A DNA stretch of 64,000 nt from Bispira polyomma (Eukaryota): the NCBI GenBank assembly GCA_965649765.1, contig OZ287753.1:69254001-69318000 (forward strand), in the 5' to 3' direction. The notes beneath the pieces were generated by a model. It saw only the letters and a program-made list of their open reading frames with translations, was not told the DNA's origin and did not search any database. A program made the position numbers and the translations under genes. Shown piece after piece: positions 36,667-49,639 of the stretch; the first letter of the stretch is position 1, and every line of letters starts with the position of its first letter.

Positions 36667-38450
36667 TTAGAATTCACATATTTTGTAGAGTTGACAAAGC
36701 TGTTAAATTCTAAATCTTGAAGAATCAAGTGTATGTTTTGAGAGTCATACCATTGTAACAAGTCATATTCTAAAACGTTACAAGACTTTAAATCGCTGTA
36801 AAAAGCTTCATTTGGAGGAAGATTTGTTTCTTCAAGTACACTAGGATTTGACAGATATTGATAACAAAAAAACCCTTTTTCTTCTGTTGCATTATAACTT
36901 TTCAAAAAATGGGAGTATGAAAACCCTGGGGCTATATAATGACTTATATCTAAAGATTTCAAAGTTGGTGTAGCTATAGCTAAAAAAGAGTTGTTTCTTT
37001 TCACAGTAAAACATTTTTTCTCAGGATCATCAAGTTTTAAATGTTTGCAAAACAAAGTTTTGATTTACTTAAATCAAGATCATAATTCGAAGAATTGAAA
37101 CCCAAAACAGGGGTGCATTCACAGTAAGTTTGCAAACGCTGTTTTACTGAAGAGACCTTTTTAGACATAGATTTTAAGAAACCACTTCTAGTGGATGGTT
37201 TTTTAGTTGAGTTTTCTACAACTTGTTCAGATTCTTCATGAAACATATTTTCAAGCAACGCTTCTTGTTCTTCACTTTCAGAAATATTGTTTTCATTTTC
37301 ACTGTCATCAGAATAATTATTGTATTCTACTTGAAGATTATTGGTTTTTATTAACTTAATAAAAGCTTAATCAAAACAGTTTGTTGTTTAATCTTTTTTG
37401 AAAAGAAACTGAAGGAATTTCATCTTCTTCAGTTTCAAAACTGTCACTGTTTTGATCATTTTCTATTGAAACCACTTCAAATGATTTTAATTCATTTAAA
37501 AAACTATTTAATTCTTGAAAAGCTGGTTGATATTTCAACATTTGTAACTCTTTAACTTTCCCTGAAATTTCTTCTTTATAGAAAATATTTGAATTAACAA
37601 ATTATCCAGTTTTTCACATTTACTGCACTGATATTTTTTGGCATACAACTTCATATCTTGAACATATGATATATGTTCATTTTGCATGTCCAAGTATATG
37701 GTTTTGTCAAAAGTTTCATAAGAATTATAATGTGTTAGTACACAACCATTTTCTAATCAGTTGAAAAACAAAAATATTCATTTCGAAACAATATTCCAAA
37801 TCTGGAACGTCTTCTAATGTGACTCCTTTAAAATTTTCTTCTTCCTTGATACATTTATATTCCATCCATTCATGAAACTTACTCCTGGTTAAAGCATGTA
37901 TACATTTTTTTTCTTATTATCTTTTAATTCGTGATATGCAAATCAACGAAAAACACACAGATTGTCTGTGTATGACTCTCCTGTTTTGGGTGAATTTAAA
38001 AATGTCAAAACACTCTGGAAAGCTCAAAGGATTTCCTAATATGTAATCCATCAAGCACAAATCAAAATTTATATCAGTTATATATTCTAGTATATATATA
38101 GGCTGTTGGGTCTGTTGTTTAAAATATTCAGTGGGGTTTAATTTCTTGAGTTTGTTTTTCTTAAGATCTCAAATTTGTGTATTTTAAAACAATGAATGGT
38201 TTTGGAAATAGATACAAATTGGCATAAGGAACATAATATCTGTATCGACCTGTTTTCTTGTTCTTCAAAATAAAACCTAAATTGATATTAATTTGGAAAA
38301 CTGTGTCTTGCTTCTGAAATATATTTTCAATGTGATTCATGATTGGTGAGGAGCTAATATATGAGAAACATTTGCTTTGTAAATTTTTCTAATTCAGGAT
38401 TTACATTTTCACCTTGTTCATTTAACCAAGGAGGTGAATCCAAAAGAAAA
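36663..38450 (-). pseudogene. Protein-primed DNA polymerase B (N-terminal/exonuclease part; polymerase domain missing)
   Basis: PVLGFNSSNYDL; KRNNSFLAI...LDISHYIAPGFSYSHFLKSY...EKGFFCYQY...LPP.EAFYSDLK. Confidence 0.88.
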
Positions 38451-38455
38451 CTCTT

Positions 38456-38900
38456 TCAATTATCACTTTCCAGATTTCGATTTCCCCTACCATGTTGTTT
38501 TAATATGTGTAGATATAAATTAACCCTATTATAGAATTTTTCCTCACAAACACTACTATAAATAACTGTTGAGGGATAACTTACTTCAGTACAAATTTTC
38601 AAATGTTTAAATAATTTCTTTTTAATATATACATACACTTACACTTCATGCATTTAAAGAATGACTTTTACCATCTGTACCTAGACATTTTACTTGATGT
38701 CATTTTAGGCTTGACTTATTTGCAAAGAATTTATTACAATTTGTACATTGAAATTTTGTAGGAACACACAATAATCCAACACAGCTCTTTCGATGTTTTA
38801 TCAATTTTTGTAGTTGTTTGAACTTTAATCCACATTTTAAGCATTTCCATTTTTGTTTTAGAAGTTTTTCTGATGGTTTTTTCACTGATATCTTATCCTT
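38456..38900 (-). pseudogene. C2H2 zinc-finger array (probable pPolB N-terminus)
   Basis: WKCLKCGLKFKQLQKLIKH, FQCTNCNKFFANKSSLK*H, CEEKFYNRVNLYLHILKQH. Confidence 0.75.
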
Positions 38901-39188
38901 GTGTGTAGATTAAACAATCTCTGCTCTCTTATGATGATTTATCGGTTGTAAAAAAAAAACAGATATAAGTAATTAATCAAAGTTATGATTGGTTTTCGAG
39001 AAATAATAGTGTTAATTCCTCGTAAAAAATTTATTAATCAGTTGAATTGATGATAGAAAAGTTTTAGGGAAAATAGGTTTTTCGGTTGAAGTAAACAGAG
39101 ATAACTTTGAGAGGGAAACCTATATCAGAAACAGTGAATTTTTATGGAATCATGTGTGACTTTAGAAAAATGAGTTTTACTAAAGCTA

Positions 39189-39707
39189 TTGTTGTTTTTC
39201 TGCTTGAAACAACTAACTCTATTGTTTGTGTGTATAACTGTGGGTTGTGGTTGTGATGTACCCAAAATAAGTTGTGAAAACATAGATACAAGGACTATTT
39301 TCACAATTTCAGTGAGGTATCTCAGTGCTATATTCACTGATAGTATCGTAGATGTGAAGAAGGTGATATACGCATTCCCAAACTTAAAAACAATACATTT
39401 CATAGAATCTGTGACGTTAAATTGTCCCGTCTATAAAAGGATAGAGTTGTTTGGAGAGTGTCATGAAGATGCTGATGTAGAGGAGAAACCCAAACAAACA
39501 GATAATCCAACTGAAGAAAATGAGAACTCAGACATTGAAATCTCAAATGAGATCAATATACCTAACTGGGTTGTTATAGGGTTCGCTATTTTGACATACC
39601 TTAGGTTAATGATAGAGGGGACACGAAGATACCTAAAATATCTGAGAGAGAACAACAAACTATGTTGGAGGAACCATCACACTACAGGGTATGACAAAGA
39701 AAGGTAA
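39189..39707 (+). CDS. Maverick cargo: predicted type I membrane protein with Cys-capped LRR-like ectodomain
   Basis: Hydrophobic N-terminus, C-x-C...ISC, AFPNLKTIHF...LNC, acidic stalk, TM WVVIGFAILTYL, basic tail; start codon uncertain. Confidence 0.55.
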   Translation: MLFFCLKQLTLLFVCITVGCGCDVPKISCENIDTRTIFTISVRYLSAIFTDSIVDVKKVIYAFPNLKTIHFIESVTLNCPVYKRIELFGECHEDADVEEKPKQTDNPTEENENSDIEISNEINIPNWVVIGFAILTYLRLMIEGTRRYLKYLRENNKLCWRNHHTTGYDKER

Positions 39708-41254
39708 ATAAATCCACACATTTAACAATTTATTTTATCTTATATTCTCTAGAATATTTCAGTACTCAATTCTAATTATATAATTTCACGATTTCATACA
39801 AGTACATATTTTGTTTCCTCATTTTATACTTCAAAGAGAGTAGTAGAATTCAATCCAGAATTCAAGCCAGGAGAACAGCAGGATATAATGCTTTTCATCC
39901 AACTACTAGTGTGATGTTTCATCCTGAACTTAGAACTCCTGCTCAGTACAAAAACGAAATCTCATACTGATCATGTTTCACAAAAACCACCTAGAGATGA
40001 TACCAGTCAAAACCAGGTTGAAGCAAAGAACTCAGAAAATGAGATTTCAAACTATGAATTAGGGTCAGTAAATTAGAGTGACAATCACTAAACAACAAAA
40101 GTACATATTTTGACATGTACAGGCAGATAATCTTTAGAGACATAATCTTTTATTTACAATTTGTAATGTAAAATTCAGGGTTGTATCACACTTACACATA
40201 TTGGAATTTATCTAACACTTTATATTTAATACTACATGTAATTTACTGTACTTTTATGGTTATATTTTCAGATTAAAGAACAAACTAACTAAAGACACCA
40301 AATTTTCATCAGAGAGAGTTGCAGCCACCTTAACTGATTATCAAGGACCTATCAGCAGAAACCCTAATTTGAAATATTAGCAAGTAGATGACAATGTTTC
40401 ATTTCGAAATAATAACCCAAGATGGGATTCTTTTGAAAGTTTGTTTCAAAAGTAATACCTTTTGGAACATCATTCAACTGATCAAAACAAACCAGACAAA
40501 ACAGAATTTTAACTATTTTTATACTAGAAGTTCTGTTAATTCACTTTTGCAGGGATAGCACACATTTTAACAAAAGATAAATTTATTGTTTGAATCAAAT
40601 CAACAGATTTAATAAAGTTAATTTTTATACAGATCAAAAGAAAATCATTCCATTACAACAGATGTATAATAGAACTTCTAGTTGAGAGATTGCTTCTATA
40701 ACTCAATTTTGTTCTTCACATATTTAATTGAACTGTAAATTTTACTTTTGAATGACAAATAATTTGTGGTATTGTACATAAATGAGAATGTATTTAAGTC
40801 TGTAATTTGAAGAAGTTTTATTCAAGAAGTTTGAATTTTTTAGCTTTGAAGAAACAAAATTAAATCAAAGAGATTATTTTCTAGAATTTATAAGTTATAA
40901 TTTTGTAAACCAACAATTCACAGTCTGCTGTTATTCAACCAAAATCAGTAATTTTTAACCAGTAATTATGTAAAACAACAATTCAAACTCAGATGTTATT
41001 CAACCCAAACCTTTAAGAATGTTAGAGTTAAAATAAAAACAAAGATTGTTACTTACTTCTTGGTATTTTTAATTATCTTTTCAAGAACTTCAGGGCGATT
41101 GCTGATTAAGCTAATCATACCCCACTGTTGGATCATGTCTCCATGCGGTTGATCTCTGAATTCTTGTCTTTCCACAATAGTTAATGGAGCGTAATTCTCA
41201 GCCATCTGAATGAAAAGTAGATGATTAATGTAACTTTTAAATGAATTGTATATA

Positions 41255-41294
41255 TCAAACTTTACTTTAACACATTTCAAATATTTATTTAGAG

Positions 41295-41362
<68 letters not shown>

Positions 41363-41465
41363 CTCTAAATAAATATTTGAAATGTGTTAGAGTAAAGTTT
41401 GATATATATATATATATATATATAGTTACTCTAAATAAATATTTGAAATGTGTTAGAGTAAAGTT

Positions 41466-41515
<50 letters not shown>
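41255..41515. repeat. (TA)n microsatellites interleaved with a 44-bp unit (1 inverted + 2 direct copies)
   Basis: Units 41255-98 (inverted), 41359-402, 41425-68; (TA)n at 41299-358, 41403-24, 41469-515. Confidence 0.95.
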
Positions 41516-41518
<3 letters not shown>

Positions 41519-42601
41519 GTAGAATCTCTATTACGGAAAATAGACGGTCTGATAACAACAACAAAATTTACATTTGTAAATTGATCTAATATTATTGAAA
41601 TTAAAATTAAACACTTTAACATTAAAATAAACCAATAGCACACTTACTTTTACAACTGTTTGACTATCTTTGAAAATAATCCTATATTCACTGAGATTGT
41701 AATTGCTTTTGTAAAATCACATAATTTAACAATCTGTTTTTATTTTGCCGATATAATAGAATATAAAAAATTCTCATAGTTTTTTCATTAAAAATCACAA
41801 ATCCCGCTATAAGATCAGTAAGTGTATATTCCATTTGCAAGCTTATATTCATCAAGTACTTAGTGAAAATAGACAAGTGCAGACTTGAAGGGAATACTCA
41901 AACACCCATAACCACAACACTGCAGTATAGCCTAATACTGTAGTCAAACAATTATCCACTACCCAAACATAAACACAGAATCACACACACAAACACACAC
42001 ACTCATAGCACACACACACCGAGGGATAGGATTAAGCTATGCAAACAGAGTAGTGTGTAGGAGCAACCTCAACCTGTTATCAGATACAAGGTTAATATCC
42101 CTCCGAAGTTTTATACTAAAACAGGAATGTTACAGTTAACTCAATGAACTCCATTTGAAAACAAAATAAAGTGAACTATCTTTAACCTATCAAATTTAAC
42201 CTACTTTAATATTGTCTAAGTATAAAAGAAATAATACGAACAGTTTCATGAAGTAAAATGTTTCTACATATTAATGTTTATCTAACAAAATCTTGATAAA
42301 TGGTAAGGAGAAAAAAAATGTCAAGTGGATTTCAGATGTGAAGAAACTAGTTATTTCTCTAGCTCCCTTTATTAGATTTATGCGCACAGTTTAGCTGAGA
42401 ATAGTCTTTTCTCTTTTGATTGGCATAGACACATACAAAAACCATCCATTTACATTGTCTATCATTAATTTTCTTCTTACTAATATAATAACACCATCTA
42501 CATCCAACAAAAAAAGAATTTTTCTTAGTCGATCCACTCTTCATTACAAATTCAATGAGAAAGGTCTGGTTATATTCACTCAGAAACAAAAATCTGCTAA
42601 T

Positions 42602-42973
42602 ATGTATGTCTCTGTGGTTTTTCTATTAATTCTGATCAGTAAAGTATACACCAATGACTGCTTCAAAGATGACAAATGTTATTGCTTTGCAAGCCAAATC
42701 AATTGTTTGAATATTTTTGGACAACCCTTGGTCACAGTGGAATTTCCTGAGAATATATTGTACTTCTTCATCACAAATTCGTTTGTAACATCTCTGGATT
42801 TCCTGGATCAATTTAGGAATTTGGAATTGTTTTCAGCGGATCACACAGTTAATATTAACTGTAGTCTGGTGCAACAGAAACTACCCAAAACAACTGTTAA
42901 ATTGGATATAAGTAGATGTCCAGGTAGGTTTTCACAAATCTCGTTTAATAATCAGTTTATCAATAGCTTCTAA
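42602..42973 (+). CDS. Maverick cargo: signal peptide + LRRNT/LRR-like small protein (paralog of 39189..39707)
   Basis: MYVSVVFLLILISKVYT signal; C....KCYC...QINC; FVTSLDFLDQFRNLELF...INC; possible donor CAG|GTAGGT near 42923. Confidence 0.55.
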   Translation: MYVSVVFLLILISKVYTNDCFKDDKCYCFASQINCLNIFGQPLVTVEFPENILYFFITNSFVTSLDFLDQFRNLELFSADHTVNINCSLVQQKLPKTTVKLDISRCPGRFSQISFNNQFINSF

Positions 42974-44881
42974 AAGTAGAAATATTTATAATTTTAATAA
43001 AGTCAAAGATTTTCTTGAACAGCCAATAAAATTTGATAAATAAAATTAATATGCTTATTTGAATGTATTTAATTTTTTTTAAAGTTCTTTCAACCAAAGC
43101 CTTGACAACTGTTGAAATGGAAATTAAGACAAGTGGTATAGAGATCTCCCCCATTCTAATCACACACCCCTTTCCAGGTACTAGGTAATCGCCTCTTTTA
43201 AATAGTTTGTCGAACCTCCTGATTGAGATAAACGGATGATTTGTATCCACAGTTGCCTTGACTCCATCATCTCCTAGAGCTATCTGTAGGAATCCGCACC
43301 TGTCTTCTTTTGCATTAATGACAGCTTCAGTTAGATCATCCATGTGTAGTAGTAACACCTCCAAATGATCCGGGTACAACTTCAGAACTTCGTTCTTGTA
43401 GCGGGTTAGGAGTGAGTAATCTTTTGAGGAAGCAATCTCCACTGAAAAGTGGTCGTTGATGACTTCCACAAACCTAGAGCTGTAATAAAAATGATTATAA
43501 AATTTATTAGTTATGGATTATTGAGAAATGACAATTCGTTATTTCTTTCTACTACTTCTTTTTTGTTTGCATTTTTTCAGAAACATACAATTTCAAACAG
43601 ATTTTTATTTCTCCAAATTATGAAACCCTAGAATTCATATGTTTTTGTTTTGGTTGTGTATTGTTATGTTTTATCCCCGTTTAAAAATTGAGTTTGGTTT
43701 GAGGGCTTTTCCTTTTAACAGGTTTATTATTAGATAAGCTTTGCTACACTACAAAAACGGGTATAAGGCATAAAATAATATTCAAATTACTGATTCTTTA
43801 TGATAAATACATACACATATACATATATACATATTTTGACCTGAGTACAAACTTTTATTACTTCCAACATTATTCTCATTATGATCCGACTACTATGAAT
43901 CATTATGGTTTGCTTGTTTCTATTATTTTTAAAAATTATATCAATGTACTCACTTTGTGGTATTATTATTATCAACTGTGTTGTTGGTTGTAGATTGTTG
44001 AGGAGCTGTCTATTAAATGGTTGTCTGCTGAGGGGTTGTTTGCTGGCTTGCTGTCATTCTGCTGGTTGAAGGACGGGATGTTTTAGCAGTGGGTTTTATA
44101 GAAGCGGCTATTAAAGCAAGGGCTTGAAAACTGGGTGCTAGGCTGCAAGCTACTGAAGTGACAGTACCTGTACTTACAGCGGATTTTGTTTTTTTAGATT
44201 TGGTTGGTTGTTTAGGTTTTTGGGGATAAGGGTAGTTTGGATGGTAGCCTGCTTTAATGGAGTGTAGGGATATACCCATTCTATATCTGAATCGTCTTTA
44301 CAGATGGAGACCTCTTCCTCTGATTGCTCTTCCTCTTCGGACATATTGTCATCGAACAAGGAACTGTTTGAAAGAATAATACAAATAACATAAATTTCCC
44401 ATTTTAAATATAGTACTTTGAACTCAGAAGTAATCCCTAATATGCATCAATATTTTGTTATTTCAAAATTTTAATTAAAATTAAATTGATTTACCACAGA
44501 CCAAATGAACCAATATATATATATATATACTTTCTATTTAAGAATAAAGTTATTACCACAGACCAAATTAACTAATATATATATAATTACTTTCTATTGA
44601 AGAATAAAGTTATCATTGTAACATTCAAAACTAAAAATAATTGAGTTGTAATCTATTTGTTTGAAATTTAGTTAAAACAAAAATAAAAATCTCCTACGAA
44701 TAAAATTGTATTATTTAATAATTAATTAGTTATATTTACACAAGTCTGTGTTGCTACATCCAGGTACATTATTTGTAACAATTCAATAAAATGTGAATAA
44801 TATTATTTACCTTTTCGGTTTTTTCTGTTTCTTGTTGAAATCTTTTTCCTCACCACAACCTTTTCTTTTCATTGAAGCCAT
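42960..44881 (-). CDS. Three-exon Maverick gene: basic/acidic N-terminus + PC4-like domain
   Basis: Exons 44881-44811, 44363-44178, 43473-~42960; GT..AG borders join in frame (AG|T, CT|G); MASMKRK...KKQKKPK, SEEEEQSEEE, ALGDDGVKATVDTNHPFISIRRF...LVPGKG. Confidence 0.6.
44492..44613. repeat. ~60-bp tandem duplication in intron 1
   Basis: TACCACAGACCAAAT...ACTTTCTATT.AAGAATAAAGTTAT x2. Confidence 0.85.
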
Positions 44882-45806
44882 GTCTGGTTTTAAAACCTAA
44901 AATTATCCAAATCACAAAACTATCCAAAATTTGTCGAAATTGTAATTAATTCCTGAATGATGTAAATATAAAATTTTTATGATATTCACCTCTTTTATAA
45001 AGGATGTCTTGATAATAAGCTTCAGAAGAAGAAATTCAACCAATGAAATAATTATCTCAGAATAAAGAAAGTCTAGTAACCAATAAAGTAAAATATTTGT
45101 CCTGTCAAGTGTTTCTTCGTTAGGTTTATTTCGTGGTAGACGGAGTGTGTTTATCCTTTACTAGGTTTAATCTTTTTTAAGTCTTTAGATATTAGTTTGT
45201 ATTGATACAAAATCTTTGTTCTGTATTAACAGATTACTTAGTTATTAGGTGCAAATGTTCTGACATCTGAAATTTTAAGTGAGGTTTTATTTACAGATGC
45301 CGAATTAAATGACATTTATTTATAAAGATTTAATGAGTAATCAGTTCTTTTTACTCTGTCAAGGAACATCAATAAATTTGTATATAATCTTAACTATTTT
45401 ATGCATTTATGACGCACTAATGGATGAATATTTTAACTGATCTTTGATTTTCATGCTAGTTTCTGTGAACTTTTTACACATCATTGTTTTTGCTTTTTTA
45501 TCTACTTCTACAAAAGATCTCAGTTCTTTTCACTCAAAGTTGATCTTTGTTTAGTGGAAATAGTCTAACTGACAGGCTTGGTATATCATGTTTAGACATG
45601 TGTTTATCTTGGAGGGTTTTAGATTATTTAACTAAAGAACTACCATAAGCTAAAATTATACACCCTTATAATCACAAAGTCTAACATAAGAGGATTGACT
45701 TGAATGTTAGGGCTTTGATTTGGGTCTTCATCTTTTACCCCTTAAGCAGTTGTAAAGAATTAAGTTTAACCAGCGAACATGCTTCACTACACACCAAACA
45801 CATATA

Positions 45807-48800
45807 TTTTATTTATTTTTTAACAACAACAAAAAGGAGACATTTACAAGTTATAGTAGATAGAGTTTTTATACTGTATCTATAATTAAACAAAAACAAT
45901 CTCATAGTGATATGTTTGCAATAAAGAATATAGTACATGTTTTACACAAATGTTCAAAAATCCATACTTGCATTAAATACAAAACATTACTAACAATAGT
46001 GTTGTTTACTTTCTATGTTGATCTTTCTGAATTTATTTTTGTTATAAAACATCTTAAAGTACCCCAAAGTTTTTGTTAACTAAATCATTTTGTTTGTATT
46101 GATCATTTACTATTTTTTCTATATATAGCTTATCGTTGAGCATTACTAAAAAATCTAAGAAGAAAGTTGCTCTTTTATTATGCTTGCATTTACTGACAAA
46201 GTATTTACCCATTATTATCACATAATTCAAAACATAAAAAAATTTGGGATCAAACTTGATAAACCCTAGTACAATTTTTAAAACAGTTAAATCAACATTT
46301 ATATCTAATGAAACAGATAACCAACTTTTATCTTGTTCCCAGAAAACACATATGGTCTTGCAATAGTAAAAATAATGCTCAAGATTGTCAATTTCTGAAC
46401 ACCAGTCACAATGTGGTGAATTAACTATACCCCAAAGAAATAATTTATAATTACAATTATAAACCCTGTGCAGAATTTTATATTGTGAAGTCTGAATATA
46501 AGTATCTTTAACAATTTTAAAACTTAAAGGATATATATTCCTCCAGTCAGCATTTTCTAGAAAAGGATAATATTCAATCCATCTATCTTGACTATTTGGA
46601 GGTTTCATATTCTTATGTACAAGGTAATTATATACCTGTTTACTTCTTACTTTAGACAGGTTGTCAAGACAAAGTTTTGGAATGTTGTTAGGCATATTAG
46701 CACTAAAAGTGATTTCTTTTTTAAGTAAATATTTTCAATTTGAGGGTATAGCACTTATTAATTTATTGTATTTCATTACTGGGATACAGATATTATATTT
46801 AGATTCCAGATTTAAGATTGCCTGGTGATCTTGTAATACATCAGCAATATAACAATTACCTGCGTTAAACCAATCTGCATATTCAGCGTTTATTATTTTA
46901 TTTCCAATACAGATTGCAGTATTATTCCACAATTTTTCTTGCTTTACTTCAAATGCATTTTTAGGTGGAGCTGCAATGAAACTGTACCAAGTGTATAATA
47001 AATCAGTATAATAATCAGTTTTTGTTAAGTTTTTAATACTTGAAACAGGTAGTTTGTTATACAGCTGATTTGGCTTAATACCCATCAGATATTCTAATAA
47101 AGACTTCCATTTAGCATTATTATTATTACAGAATCTTTTTATCCACATTATATATGTCGTTTCAACAAGATGCTTTGTGGAAACCATATTTAAACCACCA
47201 TTTTTAACCGATACAATTAGAGCATTTTTTGACACTAGATGTTTACGATTACTCCATATAAAGTTATAAAACATTTTATCAAGTTGAGATAGTAAAGTTT
47301 TATTCAAAGGAAAGACAGAAACAATCTGATAAATGTGTGGTATAATTAAAGATTTTAAAACTGTGATTTACCTTTAATTGTTAAACATCTGGACTGCCAA
47401 CAATTAAGGATTGATTGAATTTGGTGAATCTTATCTCCAATGTTTAACTGAAACATTTCTTTAGAATTAGTGGAAAACCACATTCCTAGTGTCTTAAATG
47501 GTCCAACTTTACAGGCAATACCACATATCTTTTCAGAAACATCCTCTATATTTTCAACTAAGATTGCTTCTGTCTTGACTTTATTTAACTTTAATCCTGC
47601 ATAGCGGTAGAATTCTTCAAATAAAGTGATAGTTTCTTTTATCGAACTTATATCATGCAAAAACATTGTCATATCATCAGCAAACATACATAAACGAATC
47701 TCAGTTAGACCAATATTAATTCCATTTATATTATCTGAATCTCTTAAAACTATAGCTACGACCTCCGCTACCAAAAGAAATAACAATGCACTTATAGGAC
47801 ATCCTTGCCTAATGCCTCGGTGTAACCTAAAAAAAGATGATAGGTTTCCATTGTTTGTAACGCAGCTTTCAATTTTAGACTAAATTACAGAAATCCATTA
47901 TTGAAAATTGCGGCCAAACCCATAAAATTTGACACATATTGTAAAAATTTCCAACTGACAGTATCAAATGCCTTTTCAAAATCGATGAGAAGAATTATAC
48001 ATGGATGTCTTTGCAACTTACAGTACTCAATAATATCAGAGATCAACGAAGGTTTTCACCACAGAATCTACTTTCCATGTATCCAATCTGATCTGGATTG
48101 ATAACTTCCGGTAGAGCAGCTGTTAATCTGTTTGCCAAAACTTTTGACAAAACTTTGTAATCTGTATTTAAAATTGACAGAGGTCTCCAGGATTTCAATT
48201 CAGTCAGATCACTGTCTTTTTTAGGAATAAGACTTGCAGTGAGTTCACCAGTGTGAAAGGCAAATAGAAAACTGTTTAGAACTAATTCTCCTATATCATT
48301 CCAAAATACTTTATAAAATTCACTTCGAATTCCATCTAGACCAGGTGTTTTGTTGATTGCTAAATTTTGCACAGCCTTTTGGACTTCTTCAACTGTGATT
48401 TCTGAATCACACGACATTTTTACTTTTTCAGAGACAGATGGAATGTTGACATCTTTCAGATAGTTTTGATATTGATCAATATGTGGACTATTCTGATCTT
48501 CTGAATACAAGTTATAGTAATATTCCTTCTGTTTATCTAAAATTTGTTTAGAATCAAATATTATAGTTTTTCCAACTTTTAAAGAGCGGATATTTTTAAT
48601 GTTATAATTTGCTTTTTCTAGGTTTAAAAAGAATTTTGAAGGCTTTTCATTCTCTTCTAAGTTTTTACATCTTGATCTGATAATTGATCCTAGGCCTTTC
48701 TGTCTACAAATATCTTCTATTTGTCTTTTCACACTGTTATATTCATCCATAATATCCATGTCTTGTGCATTGTCTAAAGTATATTCAAGGCTGTCTAACC

Positions 48801-48826
48801 TATCATTCAAATTCTGTAGGTCAATG
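45807..48826 (-). mobile_element. L1-C, 5'-truncated L1/Tx1 LINE inserted in the Maverick
   Basis: ORFs 48043..48846, 47355..47786 (MFADD), 46735..47307, 46054..46695 (CDWC...EHYFYYC); A-rich tail at 45807; 10-bp TSD AACACATATA at 45797-806 and 48827-836. Confidence 0.95.
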
Positions 48827-49065
48827 AACACATATAATGGTTTCATCTTTTATCCATTGAAAAGTGTGTAGAGAAGTGTGTTTAGCCTGAGGACATGCTT
48901 TGCTACACAATGAACACATGAGTCCTAAAATGATCACTCTGAAAAACCTTGTTCATTTTACTACAACACACCACTCAATTAGCCTTTAAAGGATTATTAC
49001 AGTATTCACCACACTTTTTCTTGATACAACAGTCAATCCTCTTTCCCTCTTTAAGGGATTGCTCT

Positions 49066-49220
49066 TGAAGCTTTCATATATTTTGCACAATGATCAATTA
49101 CTCCTTAAGGGGTCCAGTAGTCATTGAGGGTGGTCTGATCCAGTCTTCGGGGAATTATTAGATCTTGGGGTTGACTCTCTTCATCAGGGGGTGTACAAAA
49201 GCCTGCAACAGGTAACTACT
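49066..49220 (-). repeat. Maverick right TIR
   Basis: TAAGGGGTCCAGTAGTCATTGAGGGTGGTCTGA...GGTAACTACT followed by TSD. Confidence 0.93.
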
Positions 49221-49639
49221 TATATTTGTTCCAATTCTAGGAACAATAGACAACTTAGATTGTCGGAAATAAAACTAAAGCTAAAGCATATTTATAAGGA
49301 ACAATACTTTTTAGCCAAAATGTAATATATTGATATTGATTGGAGATTCAGGCGTTTGAAAAACCTGACTTTTAGGTCATTTCAAAGAGTTTTTTCATCA
49401 GGAAACTTTATCTCTACAGTGGAGATCGATTTCAGGGTGAGTTCTGATGTTTGGGGTGAAATATTAAAGTACTTTGCTAAAGTTGCAATATTTGTTAAAT
49501 CCTGATACACCTGTGTGAAACTCTTTAGGGTTATTGCATGATATTATTAAAATCAGAAATCATTTGTTGCTGGATATTGCTATTACTGTTGCTTATTTCC
49601 TTGTACATAGCAGACTAGACTAGGGCAATTCCTTCTACA

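Larger units (their letters stand above)
32736..49220. mobile_element. Maverick/Polinton element (~16.5 kb including nested L1), internally deleted
   Basis: Ends AGTAGTTACCTG / CAGGTAACTACT; 6-bp TSD TATATT at 32730-35 and 49221-26; contains packaging ATPase, MCP fragment, adenain protease, pPolB. Confidence 0.93.

Noticed and set aside
41255-41468. CRISPR-like repeat-spacer array
   Set aside because: Spacers are (TA)n, one unit is inverted, no cas genes, eukaryotic context.
41298-41643. ORFs rich in YI repeats
   Set aside because: Translation of (TA)n microsatellite.
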